A stretch of 64,000 nucleotides of DNA from Planctomycetota bacterium. GTDB taxonomy: Bacteria; Planctomycetota; UBA8742; UBA2392. Both the position numbers and the translations under genes were made by a program. The stretch's first letter is position 1. The number at the start of each line of letters is the position of its first letter. Of the stretch, positions 8,566 to 17,563 are shown in pieces. The stretch lies in assembly GCA_025993795.1 (NCBI GenBank), contig JAMQHL010000020.1, positions 12,471-76,470 on the forward strand, read 5' to 3'. A model generated the notes under the pieces. The model saw only the letters and a list, made by a program, of their open reading frames with translations. It was not told where the DNA came from and made no database searches.

Positions 8566-11339
8566 GCCCCGAACGCGAATGTAAAGTCACCCGTGTCGCC
8601 AATCCCTACCTTCATGCTTTCGGGCAGGTCTCCTTCACTCATCTTCTGCAGTAACTGCGTGCTCATCTGCGGCAGCAGGTTGCCGCGAATGATGTGGTCG
8701 ATGTTTCGAGCACCGGTTTCAACTTCCTTGCAGCGCTCGGCGATGGCCTCGGTCACCTTGGGATCGAACTTCAGGTCCATTCCATGCGTGGTGTGCATGC
8801 GCTTCACAATCTTGTTCAGCTTCAGGTCCGTGATCATCTTCATCGCTGCCACGTCGATCGTGAAGAACGGCAGAATGCTCATGCGCGCCAGCAGCGCCGG
8901 CTTGAAGTGCGCGCTCAGCACGGGGCGGATCAGGCTGACCAGTTCATTCATGTCGGGCCGGTCGCCGTCGCTGCAAGCCTCGGTGATGATGTCTGTCGCC
9001 AGGTTGCTGGTCAGGAACATCACCGTGTTCTTGAAGTCCACTTCGCGGCCTTCGCCGTCGTTCAGCACGCCCTTGTCAAACACCTGGTAGAACAGGTTCA
9101 TCACGTCCAGGTCGGCCTTCTCAACCTCGTCCAGCAGCACCACGCTGTAGGGGCGCTGCCGCACGGCCTCGGTCAACTGGCCGCCTTCACCATATCCGAC
9201 GTAGCCCGGGGGGCTTCCGATCAGGCGGCTGACCGTGTGCTTCTCCTGGAACTCGGACATGTTCACAGCCGTCATAAAGCGCTCGCCGCCAAACAGCAGG
9301 TCAGCGACCGCAAGCGCTGTTTCCGTCTTGCCGGTACCGCTGGGGCCAACGAACAGGAATACGCCCATCGGCGCTTCCGGGTTACCCAGCCCCGCCTTGG
9401 CTGCGCGCACGCCGGTGGCGATTGCGGTCATGACGTGGTCCTGGCCCTTCACGCGCTTGCGCAGCTCGTCTTCCATGGTCAGAAGCTGTGCGGCCTGGTC
9501 TTTGACCATGTTGCCGACGGGGATGCCGGTCCAGTCGCCGATGACCTTGGCAACGACTTCGCTGGTGACTTCAACGGGCACGAGCGGGTCCTTGCCCTGC
9601 ATGTCGCGCAGGGTCGCCAGTTCTTTCTCGAACATGGCCTTGAGCGCGACCGGGTCGTCCGGCAGGTCGTACCTGGGAGCTTCTTCCTTAGCGTCTTCCT
9701 TCTTCCTGGACTTGGTTTCCCTGGACTTGGTCCTGGTATCCTTGCTTGCCTGCTTGCCCGTCGCTTGCGCTTCCGCCTTCGCGGTTGCTTCGGCGGACGT
9801 GCCGGGCTTCCTGGGCTCCATCAGCTCGTTGAGCCTGGTGCGGACTGCTACTACCTTGTGGGCCTGGTCGCGTTCGCCGATCCAGCGTTTCTTGAATGCT
9901 TCGGCCTTTGTGCCCGTCTCGATGATGCGCTGCTCGATCTCGGCGATTTGCTCGGGGTCGTTGTGGCCGCCGGTCTCGGCGTCGCGCTTGAGCGCCCCCA
10001 GCGTGCGCTTGTCGGTCTCGATGCTGCGTTCAAGGTCTTGCAACTCGGCGGGCTTGGCCAGAAACGCTACCTTCACCCGCGCCGCGGCCGTGTCCACCAG
10101 GTCGATGCCCTTGTCGGGCTGCTGGCGACCGGCAATGTAGCGGCTGCCCATTTCTGCTGCTGCCACCAGTGCTTCGTCGCGGATGACAACGCCGTGGGAC
10201 TTTTCATAGTTGGCGCGCAAGCCGCGCAGCATGACGGTGGTGAGCTCTGGGCTTGGCTCGTCCAGCTTGACCAGCTGGAAGCGGCGGGCGAGCGCGGCGT
10301 CCTTTTCGAAGTACTTCTTGTACTCAGACCACGTAGTAGCAGCGATGGTGCGCAGCTCGCCGCGTGCGAGCGCGGGCTTCAGCAACTGGCCGGCGTCGCC
10401 TGTGCCTGCGGCGCCGCCCGCGCCAATCAACGTGTGCGCTTCGTCAATGAACAGGATGATCGGCTTGGGGCTGGCTTTGATCTCTTCGATCACACCCTTG
10501 AGGCGGTTCTCGAACTCGCCCTTGACCGAGGCGCCGGCTTGCAGCAGGCCGACGTCCAAGCCCACCAGTTCAACGTTGCGCAGCATCTCGGGCACATCGC
10601 CCTCGACGATGCGGATGGCGAGGCCTTCGACAACGGCGCTCTTGCCGACTCCGGGGTCGCCCACGCAGATCGGGTTATTCTTGCGGCGACGGGCCAGGAT
10701 ATCGACCATCTGGCGGATCTCGCGGTCGCGCCCGAACACCGGGTCAAGCTTGCCCTGCCGGGCGCGCTCGGTGAAGTTCTGGCAGAAGCGCTGCAGCGCG
10801 GTGCCGTCTTTGGTCGGCTCCGCGCCGGGGGCACCGGTTGCGGCCTTGGCGGCTGCCGCTGCGGTCTCGGTGCTGCCGCTGACGATCTGCGCGAAGTTGC
10901 GCTTCAACTCCGTCTTGGGGATTTCGCTGAGCACGTCGATGTAGTCGCCGACGGCCAGCCGGCCCGGGCTGTCCAGCAGCGCCTCAAGCAGGTTGCCGCT
11001 GCGAATCTCGCCCTGGCCGTGGTCGATGCTGCCGATGACCCAGCCAATCTGGATCCACTGTGTAAGCGTCGGGCTGAACACGGGGCGGCCGGAATTGCCG
11101 GTCTTGAGCTGGTCAAGGTCGCGCGTCAGGGTCTTCAGCACGCGGCCGGTGTCGATGCTGAACTTGCCAAGAATCTGCTGGATGTCGGCGGCAGGGTCTT
11201 CCACCAGCGCCTGCAGCATATGCTCGACGGTGACTTCATAATTCGTGCGTGACACGCAATTTCCTGCCGCGGCTTCCAGCGCGCGGGTGCAGAAGCGGTT
11301 CAAACGGCTTACCAGCGCCTTGAGATCAACCTCGACCAT
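8562..11339 (-). CDS. clpV: T6SS AAA+ ATPase ClpV (TssH)
   Basis: 925 aa with a ClpV-type N-domain and two Walker A motifs (GDPGVGKSAV, GPSGTGKTETA). Confidence 0.95.
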   Translation of the reverse strand: MVEVDLKALVSRLNRFCTRALEAAAGNCVSRTNYEVTVEHMLQALVEDPAADIQQILGKFSIDTGRVLKTLTRDLDQLKTGNSGRPVFSPTLTQWIQIGWVIGSIDHGQGEIRSGNLLEALLDSPGRLAVGDYIDVLSEIPKTELKRNFAQIVSGSTETAAAAAKAATGAPGAEPTKDGTALQRFCQNFTERARQGKLDPVFGRDREIRQMVDILARRRKNNPICVGDPGVGKSAVVEGLAIRIVEGDVPEMLRNVELVGLDVGLLQAGASVKGEFENRLKGVIEEIKASPKPIILFIDEAHTLIGAGGAAGTGDAGQLLKPALARGELRTIAATTWSEYKKYFEKDAALARRFQLVKLDEPSPELTTVMLRGLRANYEKSHGVVIRDEALVAAAEMGSRYIAGRQQPDKGIDLVDTAAARVKVAFLAKPAELQDLERSIETDKRTLGALKRDAETGGHNDPEQIAEIEQRIIETGTKAEAFKKRWIGERDQAHKVVAVRTRLNELMEPRKPGTSAEATAKAEAQATGKQASKDTRTKSRETKSRKKEDAKEEAPRYDLPDDPVALKAMFEKELATLRDMQGKDPLVPVEVTSEVVAKVIGDWTGIPVGNMVKDQAAQLLTMEDELRKRVKGQDHVMTAIATGVRAAKAGLGNPEAPMGVFLFVGPSGTGKTETALAVADLLFGGERFMTAVNMSEFQEKHTVSRLIGSPPGYVGYGEGGQLTEAVRQRPYSVVLLDEVEKADLDVMNLFYQVFDKGVLNDGEGREVDFKNTVMFLTSNLATDIITEACSDGDRPDMNELVSLIRPVLSAHFKPALLARMSILPFFTIDVAAMKMITDLKLNKIVKRMHTTHGMDLKFDPKVTEAIAERCKEVETGARNIDHIIRGNLLPQMSTQLLQKMSEGDLPESMKVGIGDTGDFTFAFGA

Positions 11340-12354
11340 GTTTCCATCCTTTGAAGCGGAACGTCACGCTGCGGTCTTCGCCGCGGCTCTCGCCAAGCCA
11401 GCTGCACCAGCCAAGGCGAGTTCTAGGGGAATTCAGTTGCGCGCGCGGCACTTCATCGCCGCGCAGAATCAGCGTCAGCTCGTACTCAAGCCCGTCGCTG
11501 TTCAGCATATCGACCAGCTCACGAAGCTGTTCCTGGTCGGGCTCAGTGGGCATCAGCGCCAGGTAGTCGTCCACATGCATCGGGCCCATACGCACTTCAA
11601 AGCTGCCCGAGAGGTCGAACACCTCGCTGCCAAGCATCGCATCGCCACCCAGCGCGCAGTTGCGGACACCCAGTGTGCTGCACTGATCGGCTGGAATCGC
11701 CGCCCAGGCACCCTTGCACTGCTCAATGGCCACGGGACTTTCCGGATAATGCTCCGCCAGCAGCGCCCGAAAACTCTCGGCGCTGCGCGGCTGCTGCGTC
11801 AGAAGCCCGGCATATTCAAGCAACCGGCCCACGGGCAGAGCGCCCTGCGGCATGTGCGCCAGGTCTGCGCCCACCATGGCCAGCAGGCGTCGCGAGAAAT
11901 AGTCGTGGCCCAGCGCGTCGTACTGCACCGTGTGCCGGTACTTTTCCCAGACGCGATAGAACAGGCTGAGCAGGCGGTGGTGGAAAATGTCGATAAAGCC
12001 GCGCACCAGCCCGTCAAGCTCGTCCTCACGCAGGAAGTCTTCGGTGTAATGGCTCGGCAGTGGTGAGCTGGTGCCGTACAGGCCCATGAAGGCTACGTTG
12101 ACGCGGTAGCGCATCGTGCCGTCGGCTTGTTCGATCTCTTCGATGCTCTCGACGTCGCTGAGGGGAAAGTCCATATCCAGCACGGGGCGCAGCCGGATAC
12201 GTTCGCGCTCAGGCGGACCCTGGTGCCCGACGCGAGGGGCGCCGCCGGACATGCCCTGCAACAGACGAACCGCCTGGAAGAACGAGTAGTACCTCGCGTT
12301 CGCAAGCAGGTCTGTCGTTACAGGATCGCGCGTTTGCCAATCCGTGCCGGCCAC
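11326..12354 (-). CDS. tssG: T6SS baseplate protein TssG
   Basis: The N-terminus ...YYSFFQAVRLLQ... is typical of TssG. Position after tssF fits. Confidence 0.9.
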   Translation of the reverse strand: MAGTDWQTRDPVTTDLLANARYYSFFQAVRLLQGMSGGAPRVGHQGPPERERIRLRPVLDMDFPLSDVESIEEIEQADGTMRYRVNVAFMGLYGTSSPLPSHYTEDFLREDELDGLVRGFIDIFHHRLLSLFYRVWEKYRHTVQYDALGHDYFSRRLLAMVGADLAHMPQGALPVGRLLEYAGLLTQQPRSAESFRALLAEHYPESPVAIEQCKGAWAAIPADQCSTLGVRNCALGGDAMLGSEVFDLSGSFEVRMGPMHVDDYLALMPTEPDQEQLRELVDMLNSDGLEYELTLILRGDEVPRAQLNSPRTRLGWCSWLGESRGEDRSVTFRFKGWKHGRG

Positions 12355-14066
12355 TGGAACACCTCTGCGTGTTTTGCGCCCGTCACCTGCAGGCGCGAAT
12401 AAGCATTCAGGCTTACATACTGCGCGAAGAACTCGTTCAGCACAGACGCGAAGAAGAACACTTCGCCGTCACCGCCCAGCAATTCTTCGTCTAGTGTCAG
12501 GTCCACTTCAATGCCGCGCACCGGAAAACCGTCCAGCAGGCGCGACGCAGGCTTGGCTGCCACGGCGCTGATGCCCTCCAGCAACCGCGAGTGTGCCTGC
12601 TCTGTCTGGCGATCGATGCGCGCGCGAAAGTTGTACAGCGAGATCACGGAGCGCAGCGCATCGACACTCAGCAGCGACATGTAGTTCAGCGTCAGGTGCG
12701 AGATCAGACGCCAGTGCAGGTCGTCGCTCATCGGCGGAGGCACGGTGGCAGTCGGTCGTGCGAGATTGCGGTACTTGGCAAAGATTGGGCTGCTCTGGGT
12801 CTTCACCGAGACGTCGCCGGCATCAAGCCGTGTCGGCATCTGGCCGTTGGTTGCCAGCAGCTCGACGCTGACGGTTTCAATACTCGGTCGCGACTCCGGG
12901 TTCTGGGGGTCGATGAAGCTGAGCATCATGTCCGAGCCGTCGCCGGTGACCGATTCCTGGCGCCGCACGTGATAGAATAGCTCGTCGCGGCGCGTGCGAC
13001 GCGCCAGCTTGAACTGGGGCCGAAACTCGATTTCTTTGGCGGTGCCAAGCTCCAGCCCGTACACGCGCTCGACCGCGAATATCTCGTAGTGCCGCGGGTT
13101 CTGGCCCGCCGGGCGCAGCGTGTACTCGGTGCGGCCGCGCTGTACCCGGATCGGGTCGGCGTCGTGCTTGAACAAATTCACAGCCGGCACGCAGTTCAGC
13201 AGGATGTTGGCTTTGCTGACCGGCGGCATGTTTTCGGGCAGGCGCGTGAACTCGAAGTCGACGGTGAACAGCTTCTCGGTTTCAAACCCCACGACGCCGT
13301 CGAGGCCCGAGAGTTCGATGAACATGAACTTCTGCGGTGCCGCAAAGTACTCCTGTAGCAGGCGAAAGCCCTGGAAGCTGGGTCCCGGGCCTGACAGCAC
13401 TGCTTCGCTTTCATCAAAGCCAACGGGCCGGACGGCGCTTGCCGGCAACTCAAACTTGCGCTTGCCATCGGCGCCATCGCCCTGGCGAACAATAACCTTC
13501 TTGAGATAGCGCAGTATGGACACATACAGGCCGCGCGTGACAACCTGCTCACCGGCCAGGAACAACCGCAGGTTGCGAATGCCCAGCTTATCAAGCGGGA
13601 CCTTGCCCGGCGCCTCAAGCCTCAGGCGCAGACGTGCCGGGGCTTCGCGCCGCAGCTCTACATCCCGGACTTCGATCGGCAGCAAGTCAAAGTCATAGCA
13701 GGTGCGAAAGCGGCTGCGGGTGCCGTCCACGGGCGAGCTGTCGATTTCGATGCCGCGGGCGAGGCGCTTGAGCTCGGCGGTGGCTTTGTTGGCGTGGTCA
13801 AACTGAATGATGCAGGTAGACGGGATGGGCCGCAGGTAGTGCGGCTCGATCATCTCCATCAATGCGTGCGTGAACTCCGGCAACTCGTCGTCGAGCTTCT
13901 GGCGCAGCTTCCCGGTAAGGAATGCGAAGCCTTCCAGCATGCGCTCGACGTCGGGGTCGCTGCCGGCCTCGGCGAGAAAGCGGGCGGCTTCCGGGTTCGC
14001 GTCTGCGAACTCGCGCCCCATCTCGCGCAGGAAAACCAACTCGTCCTGGTAATACTTGTTGAACAC
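12318..14066 (-). CDS. tssF: T6SS baseplate protein TssF
   Basis: N-terminus MFNKYYQDELVFLREMGREFADANP is the canonical TssF start. The start codon is GTG. No purine-rich SD lies upstream; CCTCCTG repeats sit there instead. Confidence 0.93.
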   Translation of the reverse strand: MFNKYYQDELVFLREMGREFADANPEAARFLAEAGSDPDVERMLEGFAFLTGKLRQKLDDELPEFTHALMEMIEPHYLRPIPSTCIIQFDHANKATAELKRLARGIEIDSSPVDGTRSRFRTCYDFDLLPIEVRDVELRREAPARLRLRLEAPGKVPLDKLGIRNLRLFLAGEQVVTRGLYVSILRYLKKVIVRQGDGADGKRKFELPASAVRPVGFDESEAVLSGPGPSFQGFRLLQEYFAAPQKFMFIELSGLDGVVGFETEKLFTVDFEFTRLPENMPPVSKANILLNCVPAVNLFKHDADPIRVQRGRTEYTLRPAGQNPRHYEIFAVERVYGLELGTAKEIEFRPQFKLARRTRRDELFYHVRRQESVTGDGSDMMLSFIDPQNPESRPSIETVSVELLATNGQMPTRLDAGDVSVKTQSSPIFAKYRNLARPTATVPPPMSDDLHWRLISHLTLNYMSLLSVDALRSVISLYNFRARIDRQTEQAHSRLLEGISAVAAKPASRLLDGFPVRGIEVDLTLDEELLGGDGEVFFFASVLNEFFAQYVSLNAYSRLQVTGAKHAEVFQWPARIGKRAIL

Positions 14067-14073
14067 GGCAGTT

Positions 14074-14108
14074 CAGGAGGCAGGAAGCAGGAGGCAGGAG
14101 GCAGGAGG
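14074..14108. repeat. Heptamer tandem repeat (CAGGAGG-like x5), arm 1 flanking the four-helix-bundle gene
   Basis: Reads caggagg caggaag caggagg caggagg caggagg on the plus strand. On the minus-strand mRNA it reads CCUCCUG x5 and ends 7 nt before the tssF GTG. Confidence 0.9.
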
Positions 14109-14157
14109 TCCCGGATTCGTATGTTGTCTGGAAGTACGACTTCGGGCCTGCCCGTCC

Positions 14158-14583
14158 CTACTCTTCTTCTTGTGCGTTCTCCCGCCTTTCTTGTTGGGCC
14201 TCTCGCTCGACACTGGCAATCAATCCGCCGAGCATGCGACCAATCTCTTGAAAGCTCTCAATCATTCCGCTCGCAACATCAACTGACATGAACTTCTGGC
14301 GCGCCGCAATCTCTACCGCCGTCTCCACTTCCGCTGCTGAACCGTCTGCGTATCGCAGAAACCGCAGGTAGTCCTGCTTGCGTGACTTGCGGCGATAACC
14401 TTCCGCAATGTTCATGGGCACCGAACTGGCTGCCCGCCGCAGCTGGCTGGTCAGGCCGAGTACTTCTGCGCGAGGAAACCCACGAGTGACTGCATAAACC
14501 TGGTCTGTGGCGTCCATGCCCTTTTGCCACACTTTGAGCCCGCGAAACCCAGCTGCGCCAAGGTTATGCAACTCTCCGCTCAT
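14158..14583 (-). CDS. Four-helix-bundle protein (23S rRNA intervening-sequence / Avd-like family), inserted between tssE and tssF
   Basis: FRGLKVWQKGMDA...FPRAE...LTSQLRRAASSVPMNIAEGYRRKSRKQDYLRFLRYADGSAAEVET matches the family signature. Confidence 0.85.
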   Translation of the reverse strand: MSGELHNLGAAGFRGLKVWQKGMDATDQVYAVTRGFPRAEVLGLTSQLRRAASSVPMNIAEGYRRKSRKQDYLRFLRYADGSAAEVETAVEIAARQKFMSVDVASGMIESFQEIGRMLGGLIASVEREAQQERRENAQEEE

Positions 14584-14591
14584 GGCCTTTC

Positions 14592-14623
14592 CCTGCCTCC
14601 TGCCTCCTGCGACCTGCCTCCTG
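14592..14623. repeat. Heptamer tandem repeat (CCTCCTG-like), arm 2, inverted relative to 14074-14108
   Basis: Reads cctg cctcctg cctcctg cgacctg cctcctg on the plus strand. On the mRNA it reads CAGGAGG-type units ending 8 nt before the four-helix gene ATG and starting 5 nt after the tssE stop. Confidence 0.9.
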
Positions 14624-14628
14624 AGCTC

Positions 14629-15045
14629 CTACGCCAGCAGATTCACATGGCCTGCCGGGTCGAGCAGCGTATCGAAACTCACGTGCGTCCCGTCTTTGCT
14701 CGTCGCCAGCCTGGCGGTGATCTGGAAGCGCACCGCCAGCTTGTTGTCATCGCTTTCAATCTGCATGACCTGCACGTCTTTCAGGCGCGGCTCATAGCGT
14801 TCGATGCACATGCGAATCGCCTTCTGCATCGTGCTTAGAGATTCCGGATATGCCTGGGCGACTTCTGCCGGTGACGCAATGCCGTAGTCCATCTGCGCCG
14901 GGGCCTGGCCGGACCGCGTGTTCAGAATGCGGGCCAGATTGCCAAGGATTGAGCGAAGCAGGGCGCCGGTGTCTTCTTCCAGCGTGTGGCTGCTTACTGC
15001 CTCGGGGTTCCGTAACCGCTCGAACAGAGTTCGTTGCTGAAACAC
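14629..15045 (-). CDS. tssE: T6SS baseplate protein TssE (gp25-like)
   Basis: ...TLFERLRNPE...SILGNLARILNTR...YGI...RMCIERYEPRL... is typical of TssE. The track ORF extends to 15201 and overlaps hcp. I prefer GTG at 15045 (VFQQRTLFERL), but the start is uncertain. Confidence 0.85.
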   Translation of the reverse strand: MFQQRTLFERLRNPEAVSSHTLEEDTGALLRSILGNLARILNTRSGQAPAQMDYGIASPAEVAQAYPESLSTMQKAIRMCIERYEPRLKDVQVMQIESDDNKLAVRFQITARLATSKDGTHVSFDTLLDPAGHVNLLA

Positions 15046-15137
15046 CGCAGATGGCCTTTCGCCGCAAGGGGCGGGCAGGGCTCGCCTGCCGACATGTCGC
15101 CGGCAGGCCACCCAGGAGCCGCCCTTGCAGGCAGTGT

Positions 15138-15617
15138 TTACGCGTCCGGCTTGCTGAAGTCGAAGGTCGTCGGAACCTGTCCACCCGACAGCCACGTCCA
15201 CTCCACGATACGGTAGGCAAAACCGACGTTTTCCATGTGCGAGAAAGTCTCGTTGGACTCGGGGCCGGTGGGCATGTACGGGCGGGCGTAGACGATGCGG
15301 CAGTCCTTGAGCTTGATGCCGAAGTACTTCTCGCTGCCGCCGTCCTTGGGGTTGTCGCGCCAGAACTCAAGCTCGACCTCTCCAATCTTCTTCTTCTTTG
15401 CAAGGGCCTCAAAAATCTTCGGGCTGGCCTTGTCGATTTCCTTCGTCACGAGGCACTCGCCGTGCACCGGCTCGCCACGGCCTTTGTTCTCGCGCATGTC
15501 GAAGGGGTACTTCATCTCGTGGCTGAAGCCGCGAACGTCACACCAGTCGGCATGGTCGCCATCGCTGCTGCTGCCGGGCATATCCGCAATCTTCATGAAC
15601 ACTTTCATGCTGGCCAT
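15138..15617 (-). CDS. hcp: T6SS tube protein Hcp (TssD)
   Basis: 159 aa with Hcp-family features (MKIADMPG..., DKASPKIFEALAKKKKIGEVELEF, ...ENVGFAYRIVEWTW). Confidence 0.92.
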   Translation of the reverse strand: MASMKVFMKIADMPGSSSDGDHADWCDVRGFSHEMKYPFDMRENKGRGEPVHGECLVTKEIDKASPKIFEALAKKKKIGEVELEFWRDNPKDGGSEKYFGIKLKDCRIVYARPYMPTGPESNETFSHMENVGFAYRIVEWTWLSGGQVPTTFDFSKPDA

Positions 15618-15736
15618 GGTTATTCTCCTGGGTTCTAAATCGCCTATTTCTTACAAGTTGATCGATTCTCTTGTCTCGGTTGACTCGTCCGCGACACCAG
15701 AACCTTACCCCGTGGCAAAAATATCGACTAGACACG

Positions 15737-15755
15737 ATTGCAGAAAACTTTCCGG
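15737..15755 (-). promoter_or_regulatory. Candidate sigma-54 (-24/-12) promoter upstream of hcp
   Basis: The minus strand reads cGGaaagttttcTGCAa. GG-to-GC spacing is correct and the -12 TGCA matches. About 8 of 12 consensus positions match. It lies about 120 nt upstream of the hcp ATG in an AT-rich gap. Confidence 0.25.
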
Positions 15756-16004
15756 CATAAAAAACATCAAATTATCGTACACAGTAACTGCACAAAGCTC
15801 ACGAACGTCGGCGGCACGCTGCCAGAAATGCGCCTTCCGGGCTGCTCACAAGTTGCCCGTCTCGGCGCCGCGGTGCATGGGCGGGGCTGAGTTGCGTTGC
15901 GCGGCCCCGCACTTTGCCAGACGTTTGCCGGTCGATCTGATCTTGGTCTGCCGACCCCTTGCCTGTTTTCGTGGGCTTGGGGGCCCTGTCTCCTGCATCG
16001 CCAC

Positions 16005-17483
16005 TTACTTCTTATCGAGCTTGCCAACCAGGCCCAGCGTGAAGAACGCGCCCATGTACTTGAAGTGCGGACGCACCTGCAGGCCGACCTTGTACCAGCC
16101 GGCTTCGCCCGGTACGTCCTCGACGGTGATGTTCGCGCTGCGCAGCGGGCAACGGGAGCGGATGGCGGGGCTGGGGTTGTCGGTGTCGGCGACGTATTGG
16201 CCGATCCATTTGTTCAGTTCGCGGCCCAGGTCTTCTTTTTCCTTCCATGAGCCGATCTGCTCGCGCTGGAGCACCTTGATGTAGTGCGCCAGGCGGTTGA
16301 CGATGAACATGTACGGCAACTGGGTGCCGAGGCGATAGTTCAGTTCGGCATCTTTGCCCTCGGCGCTCTGACCGAAGGTCTTGGGTTTCTGGCAACTGTT
16401 GGCGCTGAAGAAGCATGCGTTGTCGCTGCCCTTGCGCATCGTCAGGCCGATAAAGCCCTCTTCTGACAGTTCATACTCGCGGCGTTCGCTGATCTGCACT
16501 TCGGTCGGGATCTTGGTTTCAACTTCACCCATTGAATCGAACTGGTGCAACGGCAGGTCATCGACGGCGCCGCCGCTTTGCGGGCCTATGATGTTCGGGC
16601 ACCAGCGGTACTTCGCAAAGCTGTCGGTCAGGCGCGTGGCAAATGCGAATGCCGTGTTGCCCCACAGGTAATGCTCGTGGCTGCGCTTGACGTCTTCCTG
16701 GTAGTTGAACGCCTTGACAGGCTTGGTGTCAGGCCCATACGGTAGGCGCAGCAGGAAGCGCGGACAGGTAAGGCCGACGCTGCGGCTGTCTTCTGACTCA
16801 CGGAAACCCTGCCACTTGGTGTATTGCGGGCCTTCCATGATCGACTTGAGGTCTTTCAGGTTGGGCAGGCCGGTGAAGCTGTCGATACCGAAGAACTTGG
16901 GGCCGGCGGCGGCGATGAACGGCGCGTGCGCCATGGTGGCAACGCTGGCGACCTTGCCGAGCAGCGCAACATCCTGCGGGCCGGGGCCGAAGTCATAGTT
17001 GCCGATGATGGCGCCGTAGGGCTCGCCGCCGAAAGTGCCGTACTCGGCAGTGTAGACGTGCTTGTACAGGCCCGATTTGGTCAACTCAGGCGCATCTTCG
17101 AAGTCTTCGAGCAGTTTTCCTTTGCTGACGTTGAGCACCTCGATCTTCACGTTTTCACGGAAGTTGGTGCGGTCGACCAGCAGCTTGAGGCCGCGCCAAG
17201 CGCTTTCCAGTTTCTGGACTTCCGGGTTGTGCAGGATCTCGTCCACCTGGTCGCTGAGCTTCTGGTCCAGCGCCGCGATCATCTGGTCAACGGCGGCTTT
17301 GTCGGCCTTTTTTGCCTTGTCGCCAGCCAGGATTTCCTTGAGGAAGGCCTGTACGCCGAACTTGGCGACTTCGTAGCCGTCGTCGCCGGGGGCCATCTTG
17401 GACTTGGCCATGATTTCATCGAGCAGCGAGCCGTCTTGTGCCTGGGCTTCTGCGGATTGTTTCTGCTGTTCGCCTTCTGCCAT
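16005..17483 (-). CDS. tssC: T6SS contractile sheath large subunit TssC
   Basis: 492 aa with typical VipB/TssC sequence throughout. Confidence 0.95.
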   Translation of the reverse strand: MAEGEQQKQSAEAQAQDGSLLDEIMAKSKMAPGDDGYEVAKFGVQAFLKEILAGDKAKKADKAAVDQMIAALDQKLSDQVDEILHNPEVQKLESAWRGLKLLVDRTNFRENVKIEVLNVSKGKLLEDFEDAPELTKSGLYKHVYTAEYGTFGGEPYGAIIGNYDFGPGPQDVALLGKVASVATMAHAPFIAAAGPKFFGIDSFTGLPNLKDLKSIMEGPQYTKWQGFRESEDSRSVGLTCPRFLLRLPYGPDTKPVKAFNYQEDVKRSHEHYLWGNTAFAFATRLTDSFAKYRWCPNIIGPQSGGAVDDLPLHQFDSMGEVETKIPTEVQISERREYELSEEGFIGLTMRKGSDNACFFSANSCQKPKTFGQSAEGKDAELNYRLGTQLPYMFIVNRLAHYIKVLQREQIGSWKEKEDLGRELNKWIGQYVADTDNPSPAIRSRCPLRSANITVEDVPGEAGWYKVGLQVRPHFKYMGAFFTLGLVGKLDKK

Positions 17484-17563
17484 CGGTACGTCTCCGTTCG
17501 TGGGTTGGCGCCATGGGCGCCCCCCGGCGCTGTCACCGGGGCTGCTGTAGTTCTGGCCCTGGC

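Noticed and set aside
8694-11252. 852-aa plus-strand ORF antisense to clpV. Similar long antisense ORFs: 5349-6944, 3462-4757, 17583-18431, 20183-21238, 24456-25265, 38447-39748, 41407-42651, 51194-52189, 54595-55731, 57931-59043, 60227-61642, 62072-63184.
   Set aside because: These are shadow ORFs typical of high-GC DNA. They have Arg/Ala/Gly/His-rich, low-complexity composition. They lie opposite genes with unambiguous conserved protein sequence. No motifs were recognised.
15046-15201. Long form of tssE overlapping the 3' end of hcp.
   Set aside because: The conserved TssE N-terminus (LFERL) begins just after GTG 15045. The upstream 52 codons are Arg/Gly/Cys-rich and overlap hcp coding sequence. 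The start remains uncertain.
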